From assembly GCA_043228905.1 (NCBI GenBank), contig JBHGNT010000017.1, forward strand, positions 248,001 to 312,000: a stretch of 64,000 nucleotides of DNA, written 5' to 3'. Below, piece after piece: positions 48,610 through 62,839 of the stretch; the first letter of the stretch is position 1; every line of letters starts with the position of its first letter. The notes below the pieces were generated by a model, which saw only the letters and a list, made by a program, of their open reading frames with translations, was not told the origin of the DNA and searched no databases. The position numbers and the translations under genes were made by a program. Source of the stretch: Azolla caroliniana. Taxonomy: Eukaryota > Plantae > Polypodiophyta.

Positions 48610-51600
48610 CTAACCCAAAAGACAAATCATTCTGTTAACTTTCAAAGTATTTAGTACCAGCTCATCTGGACATCACAAAGCGAGATACAATCAAAACTTG
48701 AGTATAAAATTTAACATGAGTTAATGCAACATAGTATTTGCAAGTATTACCTGGTATTTCTGGTGTTGATCCTGAGACAGAGGCTTCAGACACTGCTGAC
48801 CCGGATGTTGCGATTCCAGATCCTGTTGCTGAAGTTGCTAAAAGGGGAGTGGTTTCTGAAGGAATATCTTTAGCATTCTTACTGTGGGCATCTCTTTTAC
48901 AAATGGGGCAAAAGGCTTTGCGTGTTGTGAGCCACTGGTCTATACACGAGACGTGAAATTCTGTTAAAAAATCAAGCCCAGAAGGTAAACAACATTTTCT
49001 CGACAAAGAAAACCATCAAATTTGGATTATTATTATGCACCTACCATGCCCACAGGGCAATAACCGTACTTTCTCTCCATTCTCATACTCTTCCAAGCAA
49101 ATCGCACACATGTCACAGCTAGCACTGTCGATCCCACTGTAAACTGAAATACTGAGAGCTTTGAGTTCGCCTTTAGTCAATCGGGCAGATCCATGATTTA
49201 TATGCTGTGAGCCATTGAGTCGAAGGCGCTGTCTCCGAAGAACAAAAAAAGTTGAAAGAATAGCTGAGACAGCCAGAAGAGTTAGAAACGAGACAGCCAT
49301 GACCGACCACGCAGTATTTTGGAGAGTAGGCAGCATATATAATCGAGCATCCACATCCCCCACATACTGGAGCAACGTCTGCCCAGCCTCCTTTGATATG
49401 AACACTGCAGGTATTTCAATACCATACCCATTACCAGACACTGCAAGAACCAACCAAAACTACAGGCTAAATAAACATCAAATGAGACTTGACTGTCATT
49501 TTCACATAAGCATACTAGTGTTTTCCAAGAAACATTTATCACTGCCATCACACTTGCAAGGTCTGAATGAAGTTTATATTGAAGATCACATTGAGCCCTG
49601 TATGAGCAAACTCAAAAATTGTATTCAGCGTTCTTTTCAAGGGGTTGTCTCCCTTTTGCCGATTGATGTTCATTATTATACCTGTTATGAGTTTACACAT
49701 AAGGTGGTCAGAGAAAGGAAGAAAGTCATATTCAGCAGGATGGGCATATGTATAGGACAGGAAAATGCGGATTAATTTGCCAGGCCAATTTCCTTAGGTT
49801 TGTGATCATTGTCTTTACTTTCACATTGTGCCAATAGAGCTTATTCTGGGAACGTTTTCCCCAGCGAAGGCAACAATAAATAAGGATAATACAATGGGTG
49901 GGATAAACATGGAAATAGAGACCTGATGTTTATTAGCCACATGCCACAGTGGGGAGAGGTGGAAGAAGATCCAGTTAAAAGGGAGGGGGAACATAGTTCC
50001 ATCTAGAGTGACCAGTTACAGGCTGATAAATGTTGTTCACACCTCAAAATTGCAAAATAAGATATTCAATGACTGGCCTCCAAAGCGACACCAAGAAATA
50101 CACAAATGCCATCAGAGAAGACTGCATTTTCAGACTCAAAAGGAAGTATTAATACTATGGAAGTCATGTTCGGCTACATATACAAGTTGCTGCGCTGGTG
50201 GATGAAGGCAGAAACAATTTAATTGGCATCACCTAATCACTCTTTGCACACCACTGTCACGTGTACATGCAAGCCCCACCCCTCATACGAAGAACCTCAC
50301 CACAGATAACTGAACAGTGGAAGGCAACCTTCCAAATCTGGATTAACAATTGATCTCATTCAAGCTCTGAACCAGCAATCTTCCTTGTCCAAGATTTCAT
50401 TCCAAATAAGAGTATCTCTTATCAAGAAATATTTTACGTTCATTTCATCAGTAGGATAATATATCCATAGTGTTTGGCGCATTTAGTGCGGCCTATGGCA
50501 CTTGATTTATTTTTTACAGAAATTACACTTCTTCTTTCAATGATATCTTATTACAATTTAATTTAGTTGTTTATAACTATTATTAAGAAATAGTTGTTTA
50601 TGGATTCTGAATCTCCAAATTATGGAAACCCTGCAAATGCATCATGGAAGCATCACAGCATTAAAGCATATATAATCCTTACCAAAGGCTGATATCTTTG
50701 CCTAGCTGAGTAAGGACTCTCGTTCAAGACATTCAATTTGTGTTGGTTTAGTGGAATATCTCACCTAGCAGATAATAACTCTAGAGAAACAAATTATACT
50801 CCTATCCATTTGGTTAGAAAGGCAAGTTTCTCATATGCATACATGCTATTATAACATTAAAACTCAACGAGACAAATAGGATATGTGCACATCACAGAAA
50901 TTCAGCATAGTTACAGTTTTGGATTCCTTTCTGCTACCCTTCATTGATGCCATACCAGATGATCTTGTAAGTGATAACTAATACCCATTCCTGGAACAGC
51001 TTCAGCCACTATAAAGTAATACAAGTGGATACAGAAGTTGGAAAAGTAAACACTTTTATCACATAAAGGACCATATTTGCAGCCATCACCATGATGCTCA
51101 ACCAAAAAACTGCATAAGGACAGTTTCAACAATAATTACAGAAATCGTTGACCATTTTCATCCCTGGAGTTATGTGGCTTTTGCATAATAATTTTGCCTT
51201 GTTTACTCCAAAGAAAAATAACTCCAGTCTACATGAAGAAATGCTTGGAATAATGTAGAGAAGCTTGAGGATTAAATCCCGTGAAACGTGCTTTTGCAGT
51301 AGTCAAATAAATTCTGTTGTGCATATCATCCATAAAGGGGGCATCAACATCAATACCATCAAAGCAGCAGCACTGCGATCTGCTTTTCTCGTGCACCAGA
51401 GAGTAAGGAAACGAGATAGAGGTTTATGATAATTAGACATCAATCAGACATCACCTTAAATTTTAGTACCAGAGGAGTATGCAGTAGACATGTTGATGAT
51501 TAGATAAAAACTGAAGACAATAATCTGTTAAACCTATTTTCTGCTGTTGTATTAGAAATGACGAAACAAAATTTACCTTCTATTACTTCCTACTTTTATT

Positions 51601-54239
51601 GTCCACTTATCATTCTTTGCCAGAACTTAACAGAAAGACTTCATGCCACTTACTTGTTACAAGGTCACCATCATCCTCATCATTATAGATGATTGCCGCT
51701 GCATATCCAGCATCCTGTGCAATTTGCACTTTTGTTACAAAATCACAATCACCACGAGATATCAAGACTAAGGCTGGAAGCACACTGTGTTGAGCGTCAT
51801 AAGCTTGAAGTGGTACGCATGCATTGGATGGATTTGCTGCAAACAACCACCCAATAATGCCTGTTGGCGGAATTGTTGACCCTGCAGGTAAAACAAAAAA
51901 ATTCTCTATCATGGTGTAAAAGGAAAATTCATTGACTCAATGTAGAACTAAATTGTAGGTCCGTGTAGCTCAAAATGATTCTAGAATTTCTAGCTTATGT
52001 GTGGTTGTGAGTAATTCTTTCCAATATAAGGACACATGGAGATGAAATCGCTTCAGCATACCACTCCTTTTTCTCATCAAACCAAAGGTATAAGCATTGA
52101 ATAAAACTCTCGTAGCGATCTCAATAATCTTGACATTGAAACAAATGTCTTCTCTATCATGGTCTAAAAGGAAAATTCTTTGACTCGATGTAGAACTAAA
52201 TTGTCGCTCCATGTAGCTCAAAATGGTTCTAGAATTTCTTGCTTATGTGTGGTTGTGAATAATTCTTTCCAATATGAGGACGCATGGAGACAAATCACTT
52301 CAGCGTACCAATCCTTTTTTCTCATCAAACCGATGGTATAAGCATTGAATAAAACTCTTGTGGCAATCTCAATATTCTGATTACTCCAGCGTCTGTACTC
52401 CAAATCTCTGAAATGTGGTGTCTAGTATCATCTTATACGGCCATCCACCAAAATAATTACATCTAGACTCTACTCACAATTGGTAACATCAGAACTTACC
52501 AGATTTCAACCGTTGGACAAAATGCAACTTCGAAGATTTTATAATGCAGTTGAGCAAAATTTCCTCTTAAACTCAGGAGTCACAATAGACATTCTCCTAT
52601 TGGGTAGAAGAAAGTAACCAGCATTAAATTTTGAAAGCCAAACCAATACACCACAGGAAGTCCTTGAGTAAATTTAGTGTTTTTCAGCTTGCATAAATAT
52701 TACATATTTAACATTTTTCAGCTTGCATAATATTTTACATATATACTGTTCTTTCGCTCGCACAATATTACTTATTTAGCGTTCTTCAGATCCATAATAT
52801 TACATTTTTAGTGTTCTACTGTTTTATACTGTCTATATCTAATAGAGCACACCTTTTCCTAGGTTAATCTTATCATCCAATTCCTGTCTTTAAGAGTGTC
52901 GTGAAAAATCATGATCCATAACTTTACGAATCCCAGATAAATTACGTTTATAAATCATGTTCCGGAACATAATAAATTAGAAATTTCTGACTGGAATTGA
53001 GCATCATTAAGCTCACTACTTGGCTATTTCGATATCCTAAGCTATGTCAAATATGTTTACTTTCCTAGACTGAAAATTTAGGCTCAAAATAAATAGAAAT
53101 GCCAAGCTAAAAGGCATCATGATGAAGCCAAATTGGGCACCATAACATTAGAAATGCCCAAGGCAGGCCAACTAAATGAGATATGAACAACGCATGTTCT
53201 CGCACCTCATCACTGACACATCCCACAAAAATATTTGAGTTCACAAATCTATACCAGGAGAATGAAGAAGGGCATAAATTAAGGCAAGGTTTTACATTAA
53301 ACTTCGCCTTTTATAAAGTCTCAAATTCGAATGTGAAATCGTCAATATTTCTCCAAATTATCTATACTTACTTTCTTATGAATGTTTTTTTGCAACCTTG
53401 GGTGATAGTTGGCTTGATTAAGAGCTTTAAATGCTCTTTGCATCCCATGATGGGTTTCACATTGAAGCACTAGTATGGAGACATTTCTGTGGCTTCTACT
53501 TTTGCAAACTTGGGTGATTGCATGCTTTATTAGAAGCCCAAAATCTTTTTCAGAAAGGGGAAATGTCGTTTTGAAGCTTAAATGCATGGATTTAGCCCAA
53601 AAGTGTTCTAAATTTAACATTTCTTTGAGTTTCATTTATTGCCACCCCGAGCTATTGTAGTTTTTGTTAGAAGCCCAAAATGTGTTGCATTAAAATGTGA
53701 ACTTTGCTTTGGCTGCCATTTTTGCAACCTTGGTCGATTGCAAACTTCATTTGAACCCCAAAAAGATTTCAAATTTAAACAACGAAATGAAGGCATTTTC
53801 TTTCTAGCTTTATTTGTGCGGCCTTGACAATTGTATGGTTCAAATGAAGCCCAAAAGGGGTTTTAATTTTAGCTTCTACAAAATTTCAATTTTGAAACCT
53901 TGTGGTAATTATAGGCTTGATTTGAAGAGCAAAATTGTGGGTAATCACCATAAATCAATGCAGTAAAAGTGTAAAATGGATCCCCTAAGGTTGATGAAAG
54001 AAGAAGGAGAATGAAATCATGAGAGACATACCAAAGGTTGCTTCGATATCAGGAAAGGGGATGGAGTCGTTGTGAGAAGTTATGAGGACGACAGTGGAAT
54101 TCACCCTTCCCAGAAGAAGAGTTAAGAGGACAATGAGGAGGGCAGCAAAGCTCACCATCAACTCTCTGCGGCTCACGACCGCCCATGATGACCACCACCA
54201 CCCCCAACTCCCTCCACTTGGCTCATCTGAGGTCGGCAT
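48610..54239 (-). CDS. RMR: Receptor homology region-transmembrane-RING-H2 protein (PA-TM-RING, RMR family)
   Basis: Exons 54239-54032 (signal peptide region, FPDIEATFG), 51881-51654 (PA domain NPSNAC..ISRGDCDFVTKVQIAQDAGYAAAIIYN), 49440-49045 (IPAVFISK, TM WSVMAVSFLTLLAVSAILSTFFV, RING CAICLEEY..LPCGH) and 48960-48751 (EFHVSCIDQWL..CPICK). The 3' end is uncertain: exon 48665-48610, read-through to the stop at 48662, or further splicing to a stop at 48532. The start could be 54290, 54239 or 54158. Confidence 0.88.
51903..52380. repeat. Diverged 248-bp tandem duplication next to the RMR intron 1 acceptor
   Basis: tctctatcatggt.taaaaggaaaattc at 51903 and 52151. The ORFs 51970..52221 and 52218..52403 mirror each other. 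Confidence 0.9.
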
Positions 54240-54329
54240 ACACTCAAACTCTCTCTCTCTCCCTCTCTCTCTCTCTCTCTGTACGCTCATGTAAAGGGCG
54301 AATGAGATCTCCGTGTAGATAGCTGAGCA

Positions 54330-54459
54330 ATTCCCGTGTGAACGGCATTTTAGGTTTTTTCCTGCAAGGGGGAGGAGGGTGGGTCATATAGGATTCACCA
54401 AAGGAATTCTGGGCCAAACAAAGGCCTTTCTTTGTTCCCACTAGATGAGGAGGATGGCT

Positions 54460-54536
<77 letters not shown>

Positions 54537-54670
54537 TCCCGTGTGAACGAATGGTAATTTAGGTTTTTTCTACAAGGGGGAGGAGGATGGAGCATAGATG
54601 ATTCACCAAAGGAATTCTAAGCCAAAAAGGGCTTGTCTTTGTTCCCACTAGATGAGGAGGATGGCTATTG
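54330..54670. repeat. Duplicated ~135-bp segment upstream of RMR separated by a (GT)n microsatellite (54462-54534)
   Basis: attcccgtgtgaacg...ttcaccaaaggaattct...gttcccactagatgaggaggatggctattg at 54330-54463 and 54535-54670. Confidence 0.9.
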
Positions 54671-56127
54671 CAACAACGTCAAACCTCTTGGACTCAATCC
54701 ATAGGCATACGAGACTCTTGGAGCTTAGATTCTGGCCATTATAAAAGGAAACGTTGGGATTCCACATTCGTGTGTAAGCATATTGTTAGGTAGGTTGCGT
54801 AGATGACATAGAACCTCCTTGTTTCGTTATCGGTGTATGAGGGTATACATGTGCTATGCCATCATAGGACATAGTTTATTTATGGTTTGTTGTTAAGAAA
54901 TACAGAGATCTTGGTAGTTAGGTTGTGTTCACAAGCTCGTGATCTTGAGGCTCTACAGTTCACAAGATGAGGATATCAATGCTCCAAGGTTCACAAGAGG
55001 AGGATGTCAACCATCTTCGTTTTTCTATTTAAGTGTCTACATATACTTTAGCTAGTTTGTGTCAACATTGGAGAGCATCAAAGGTTGTGTCGTTAGGATT
55101 TGTGAGTATGAATACCGTTAGTTTGAAGCTCACGTAGAGAAGATTGATGCTCTTGAGTTCACAACAGGGACACTATAATTCATGGATTCACTAGAGGACA
55201 TTAAAGCTATTTGGTTCCATGTGTTGTATATAGTGCGCATAAACCGTTTTTAGCTATCGACTCTAAATATATGTGGCAATGGTTCCATCAAAGCCAATAG
55301 GTCTCGAGTTGCCTCACATGGTGATGATTGGCTAACATCTATGACGTATTACATCATCCTTTTCTAGACGAGGCTAACATCTATGTGCACCCAATGGTTT
55401 TCTTGTAATGTCTACATCCATATGTTTTAATATGTATGCTCATAAATATGCACTCTTCTTACATACATTGAGGGTCCTTTCACTTGAAATAGGTTGTGTT
55501 GAAAACAAATAAAGTATGGGTGGCTTCATAAGAGAACAATGTCATCACAAACTTGAAATTGATGTCTTTCTTTGGTTCAGTGGATGCATTTAGAATCGCA
55601 CATGCACTCAAAACCACCATTATAATGAATTATGTTCCAACAACTGACACATGTTGCACCTTTCGATATGGTTGTCAACCTCTGATATGTGGACACGTTT
55701 AGTTCACCTATGCACGTTGTTGTTTGATGTGAACACATTGTTATGAATGTGCATTAGTATTCGTTTCGTGAATGGGCTATTGTCATTGTGCAATGTACCG
55801 AGCATATTCATCAACCTCCTATTTGTGCACATGTTTAGTTCACCTATGCACATTGTTGTTTCATGTGAACACGTTGTTATGAATGTTCATCGGTCTTTGT
55901 TTTGTGAATGGGCTAATGTTGTCATGCAATGTATCAAGCCTATTAATCAAACTAAACTTGAGATATTACATTCTTGTAAATGTGCATTGTGAACAGGACA
56001 ATCTAATGTAAAACAAATTGTGTCTCGTGAACACGGGAAGGTCACATGTTACACGTGTCTCTTCTCATTGAACAACGATGTGCATAATCTATTTTCTAAT
56101 GCGCATTTAGTGTAGTATACATGCAAT

Positions 56128-57690
56128 TGGATCAACGACCCGACACTTATAGTTGGGGTAGTGGTTAGGTCCCTTACCCCAAAATGCACAATGAAGTTTG
56201 AATTGGCAAGTCAAAGATATTTAATAAAGGAAAAACCAAAACTAATTTTATCATATAGGGGGATGAGGCAAGGCATAATAAAGTTGGTGGGGTGTGGTGG
56301 GGGGGGAGGAGTAGAGTTATGTCTAATTACGGTAGAGACAAGGACGTTGACTATGGCGATGAAGAGTAGGGAGAAGAGGAGTTTACGAGGAAAACAAAAA
56401 TAAAGGACGGGGTGTGGATTATCCCCAGATTATGATGGAAACATACATTGAAAGGGGGGGGGGGGGATGAAACAAAGAATACTATAGGATCTGGGAAGAC
56501 AAGTAGGAAGATGATAAAGGTGAGAAAGGAGATAATGTGTTTGATGAGATATAAACATCATACAATTAGGGAGGAGAGGGGTAGAAACAAGTGACGCGTG
56601 GTGGGAGTTTCTTAGTGTATCACCGAGGTTTGGTCCATGTGTTGTTTCCATGGGGGTGAAGATGTTCCTTTGTGACCCACCACTTGTTAATTTATGTAAG
56701 TGAGTACCGACTATTTAGTTGCTGACGTTTGTTTAGAGCTTATCAAAGTATATTTGGTTGTCCTTGTGGTTATGGTGAGGTCATTGACATTTGGTATGAT
56801 CATGAGAAAAGCTCTCCACACAAAACGGAGGATAATCCAACACTGCAAATCATAACAACCACTTTATGATTTTAATACTCAACATTGAGAAATTTAAAGT
56901 GTTGTTGGTCGATGCCCAAGCTTATATCTAGACACTCGTGCCAAAGAAAGTGAGATTTGGCATCATAGCGACGCGCGCATAACAACAAAAGAGAATATCT
57001 TACTTGAGTTGTGTCAACATAGAAGAAACAAAGAAAATGTCATCTTGAAATCCCCTACACGTGACAACATTAAGCAAAATATGTCACTTTCGAATGCCTC
57101 TCATATGATGACATTAGGCATGTTTTTCAAGGGTTCATACAAGGTTATAGTAGCTTTTAAGAACTCTCATCAAGGGAAAGCCATTGTTGATAATTGTAGG
57201 CATGCTCTTTACTCAATGGAACATGATACACCCCCAAATAGTGGAATTTGGAAGTATTGGCTTTTCATTTCCAAATTCTATTTTTTATTTTATTGTTTTC
57301 AAATCCCCCACCTATAGAGTTGGGGGGAGTGCTTGATCATATTGGTCATTTGGAATCTGGATCATTTTGTCCCTTGTATATGTTAATTAATCACCCCCCC
57401 CCCCCCCTTCTCTCTCTCTAATGGCATGTTATCAATGAACTCAATATTTTTCGCTCAAAACCATTCATTTCCATGTACTTGGAATTTGGGTTAAGAAATG
57501 TGTCGTTACAACCATTGTGATAGCTACATATCCTTCATTCCTTCATTGTTGTCACCATGATGTGTTTGGATCAACAACCCGACACTTATATGTGGACTAA
57601 TGACCAAGTGTCCCGTCCCAAAAATGCTTAATGAAGTTTCCAATTTCAAGTCGATGGCATCTCATAGAAAGATAAAACGAAACCAATTGA
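56128..57690. repeat. Pair of diverged ~120-bp direct repeats ~1.44 kb apart (possible TE relic)
   Basis: ggatcaac.acccgacacttata...caaaa.atgc..aatgaagttt..aatt..caagtc at ~56128-56250 and ~57567-57690. Confidence 0.55.
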
Positions 57691-58041
57691 AACAAAGCTC
57701 CGAGGAATTTGTGGCATTCCATACATGAATGGGTGAATGAGGGAGGCAAACATTTCCGGGAATCCAACAATTTAGATTATGTGGGATGGACCACATTTTT
57801 CCCAAAAGCTAACCAAGTAAAGTGATATATGTACATACAGCATCCGGGCCACGTTTATAGTTTCAGAATAAGTAGGGTTCAGATTTATACAGTTCTTCTC
57901 ATTCATATGTAGCTAGCTAGCGAGCGCTATGGACCAAAACAACCCTGCCTTTTAAGGTCACCTCTCTGAGCAGTACACGAGAAAAATACCTAATCTCTGT
58001 CATCTCCCCTCCCTCCTCCCCCCCTCTCTCTCTGCGCAAAG

Positions 58042-60365
58042 ATGTCAACAACAGATTTTAATGGAGACACAACAGCTCCATTCTTTGGATTCCTCGGAGC
58101 GGCAGCCGCACTTGTCTTCTCATGTACAGTCTCTTTTTCTGTGTCTGGATTATATTATATGCTTCTGGATTCAATCACTGATTTGAAATTAGAAAAGTTT
58201 GATTATGATGTTTTATGAATATATCAGACATAGATTTAAGCGTAATCGTTTCATATTCTGTAGAGCATTTAGGGTTTCTGAAAAATCAAGTTTTTTAGTT
58301 TATAACCCTAATTGTGTGCAATCGATGGAGAATGATGCTGTTATATCGATCTAATAAGCATAGATATAGACAGTGGATTCAATTGCTTTGTGCGTAGAGC
58401 ATTCAGGGTTGTCATAAATTCTTAACTTGCGAGATCAGATTGAAGACACTAACTATGTGCAAATGATGGATGCTGAAGTTCATGGACAATCTTGTGGTCG
58501 TAGACCTGAATTCAATCACCGAGTAATGTTTAAAGGAAGCATTTCTTACCTTACAATATTGGATGTATGATCCTAATTATGTGCACTTGATGGTGATATG
58601 CTATCATATACTTGACACAAACCTGGATTCAACAACCGTGCAATCTGTGAAGCATTTACAGTTTCCAGAAAGTGATTTCATAACTTAAAACATCCGAGTG
58701 CACACTGAGATTATGTGCTCTGGTTAATATGAATGTTGCGATTGAAGATAAATGGATGTTAAGCATCTATTATACCTTGATTCCAACTCACTGATAATGG
58801 GAATAATGTGTTAAGCATCTATTAGAAATAGGCTCGATCCAATCACTGCAAAATCACTCTGAGGAAGCCATCAGACATATATTATTATCTAATAGGATCA
58901 TATTTTAAGACCTAATTTATGAACTTTGTGTGATATGGAACTGATGATGATATAATATGCGTTTATTAGACACACTTCATGTTTTCTATACCTTCAACCG
59001 AATGACGACGATGATGCTGTAGACAGAGCAATGATTTATAGAACACAATCTTATGTTTTCTACATCTACAAATACAAGATGATGATGATGTGACGTGCAT
59101 GTATCAGGCACATGCATGCTATATTTTCCACGTCTATAAATAAATGATGATGAAGATGTGGCAAGCATCTATTAGCTACATGTTTGCTCTGATGCTTTCC
59201 ACATCTACATGAATGACGGCAACGACGATGATGATGTGGGATGCGTCAATGAAGCACATAGTCTATCACATGTTTTCTCCATCTGGAAATGAACAGTGAT
59301 GATGGTGTGATATGCATCTCTTAGATACATGATTGGGATCAAGTTTTGAACATGTGCAAGTGATTGATGATGGTGTGGTATGCATCATACGCTGGTTTCA
59401 TTTTTTCTACCCCTCAAATGAATGATAATAATACTGCGGTAAGCACATATCTAGCAGGCACATTCTTGGTTCTTATATTTCTACATCTGCAACCAAATGG
59501 TGGTGCAAATTTGGTTTTGCATCTATTAGACACATACTCGATTCTTTTGTTTTCTACATCTGCAAACTGAATGATGATAATGATGGTTGTGTAAGGTATG
59601 GGTGCTGCATATGGAACTGCTAAAAGTGGTGTTGGTGTGGCCTCCATGGGTGTGATGAGGCCTGAATTGGTTATGAAGTCAATTGTTCCAGTAGTTATGG
59701 CTGGTGTGCTGGGTATCTACGGATTGATCATAGCTGTCATAATTAGTACAGGAATCAACCCAAAGAGCACAGCTTACTATTTATTTGATGGTTATGCACA
59801 TCTTTCATCTGGGCTCGCTTGTGGTTTAGCTGGCCTTTCAGCTGGAATGGCTATTGGCATTGTTGGCGATGCTGGTGTCAGGTAACTATGCTATTTTCTC
59901 TTTGAAAAAAAGGGGCATTTAGTTAACATTATGGTTATTTTGCTATCTCTTTCAGGAACAGACAATTTAATAATAAAGGAAAATGTGCATTATAATCTTG
60001 ACATCATCTCTTGAAAAGAGAACCACTCAGTAGTGTGCATCATTGCCATACTATCATCTCTTGAAGAAAGGACTATTTATTGTGCATTATAGATATGTTA
60101 TTCTCTCTCTAAAGAGGCGAATGTCTTCATGTGCATTTTAGCTATGTCTAACTTATTGAAGAATCAACTGTTTTATCTGCAGTTTTGTGCTTACACTTCC
60201 CCAAATTGAATGCTTTTGTCTTTTGTTTCTTGCAGGGCAAATGCACAGCAACCAAAACTATTCGTTGGCATGATTCTCATCCTTATTTTTGCCGAGGCTC
60301 TTGCGCTGTATGGCTTGATTGTGGGAATTATTCTTTCTTCTCGTGCAGGTCAGTCAAGGGAGTGA
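58042..60365 (+). CDS. VHA-c: V-type proton ATPase 16 kDa proteolipid subunit c, 3 exons, 165 aa
   Basis: Exons 58042-58123, 59596-59881 and 60236-60365 (498 nt, phases consistent). [39 protein letters not shown]...[29 protein letters not shown], with the proton-binding Glu in FAEAL. Confidence 0.97.
58940..59595 (+). repeat. Degenerate ~65-70 bp minisatellite at the 3' end of VHA-c intron 1
   Basis: A recurrent unit tgaatgatgatgat.gtgtg..atgcatctattag.cacat....tttt(c)tacatct occurs about nine times. Confidence 0.7.
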
Positions 60366-62839
60366 TCTTGCCCTTTTGGCTGCCTGTAAGTGCTCCATTT
60401 TTGGATTCAGCAGAATGTCATATTCCCTGTTTCATAGAACTGATGGTCTTTATGAAACTCCATATGGGACAATAACATGGAGTCTGACATTAAGATTGGA
60501 ATTTCTTTTTTCTTCTAAATTGAATTTGTAGTGATTTTGATTGTTTTTACACATAGCAAATTTGCAGTACCATGTAATTTAATGGTTAATGATTTGAGGA
60601 GGAACATGATTATATGATTGCTGCTCTCATTTGCTGTGCGCTTGTTATTTGCCATTTTATTTTGTCTGCATGTTTGCAAGTGGAATCACTTACAACTTTG
60701 CAATTTCTAGATTGTTTTGCAGCTCGATTTTGCCTTTACTTTACCTTCAGGCTTCCATGGATGTCCATTAATAAGACTAGGTGATGTTATAGTAGCAGAT
60801 GGTGTAGAGCTCACAAATAGTATTTGCACACACCTCTCATAGATAGGTTCATAATACTCCCATAACGCCAGGGACGGAATATGGGCATGTAGAATCACAT
60901 AGTTGCCCTCTGGCTTCTGGTCAGGGGATCGTTCTTTGATAGAATCTTAAAGATTCACAGGTGTTCCTCAGGTCTATCACTTAATTAAAGGTGACGTTAT
61001 TAAGTTTGAATAGAGAACTTAATATCTGTATATGATCTTCCCTTGGTAGAATTATAAAGATTCGCAGGTGTTCCTCATGTCTATCACTTAATTAAAAGTG
61101 ACCTCAGTAAGTTTTTATGCAGTTGTAACAAAACATCCGTATGGGATGTTTATAGCAGTCATATCAGCTATACAACAATACTTAACCTCGAATGCCTGCT
61201 ACACATTTACCAGTGAATGATGATTAAAAAGATAGAAATTTGTGTAAAAAGATTAAAAAGGATAGAAATCATGATTCATTTACCAGCGAATCATGTTGTG
61301 ATTTGATGTAGTGAGTGAATTCCTCACATCCTTGGGCTTGATTCTTTTCTAAGTGAGTTTTACTGGGGTGCGTAGGAAAGGATCAGCTAAATGATTGAGT
61401 ACTATATTTAGTTTTGGAGGTAAGCAACGCCATCATCAAATCCACAACTTTGTTGTCAAACTTGCCTTCCCAATGACTATAGATGGTGTGAAGTTAATTT
61501 CACCATCTTAACGTCTTAGTATCTCAGTTGCTGATAACTCTGTGACCTGGGATTGTCAAGTGATACCTGGGACCCAGAAGAACGTGTAAGCAATCTTCCT
61601 GTTTCTATGAGAACTGATTTATGAGCTAAAATCTAGCCTTTAATACTGCATGTTGATGTTGGGGCAAGCAAAATAGAATAGAATAGATTTTTTATTGTCC
61701 ACGAGAAGGCCTATGGGATCAAGTAAACGTATCATATTGCATGTGTCCTCTTCCTAAGAGGGGGATTACGACTCTGTAGTAAAGACTATGTGAATAATGC
61801 ACACACATGTGTGCTCACCCTTCTTGGTGTGGATTTGAGTTTAATGCGTATTTTATCATGCCTGTCTAATAAGTCATCATACTTCTTGCGAATCACCTTA
61901 TACACTAGGTTTTCTTGTGATATTCATCCTCCATGAGGTTTTCATTGCATACTTTGCGTATCCTCATACTAGGGTGATGATGCCATGATGCTACCTCAAC
62001 ACCCAACTTGTGTGAGTGAGTTCAAAGAAGTGCCTTGGGATAAACTCGGAAATCAGCTAGTAAGTTGTGAGGCATTCAATGCGCATCACCTCATATTGTT
62101 GCCATGATTGTGTCTTTTATTGTTTCTAAGATATCTTGGTCATGGCTCATTTGGCATTTATAATTTGATGGTACTGTGGTCTGGCTCTGTTGTCCACTAC
62201 TATTGTTCCCATGATCCTGTGTACAAATATGCTAATGATAGTATACAGAAATTGGATATATGATTCATGTGTGAGACCATGAAAATGGATGCACTTTAAA
62301 TGTTCTCTTTTGACATCTTGACATGTGAGTCTGGTGAATTCTTTATGAAGATGCGTGCATTTTAAGCTTCATTTTCGGCTTCATGTTGGTACCCACTCAG
62401 CATTTTTTGGACATTTGTAGAGTGGGTCTCCAAATCTGAAGATATATTCAGATTCTGTCATAATATGTTCCTTGTGATTGATCTCACATTCAAATTATAA
62501 CACTAGTGTAGATGTAGACAGGATGATATTTATTGGAATATAGGGCTCTTTTATGACATATTTCCTTTTTTCTTGCAATGTAGATGGCCGCCAAAGTGAA
62601 AAGATCACGACTTAGGGTTTAGGGTTTAGGCATTAGTAGTCATGGTTGAGCTTTAAAGTTTTAGCATGCTGAAGTTTGAAGACCAACGTATATTTAGTGA
62701 ATTGTTATAATGGTCCTCAAAAATGGTATTTGAACCTTTGCCAAGCACAAAAATAATTAGAGACATTAGATTTTAAATCATAACAAGTAGTGATATTGCA
62801 GTAACGAAAAATGCAAAACTAGCTTTTAAGTGATTATAT

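Noticed and set aside
54783-55260. Possible LTR (TGTTAGG...TCAACA) with ttcacaag repeats
   Set aside because: No clear PBS, partner LTR or TSD could be verified, so it is too degenerate to call.
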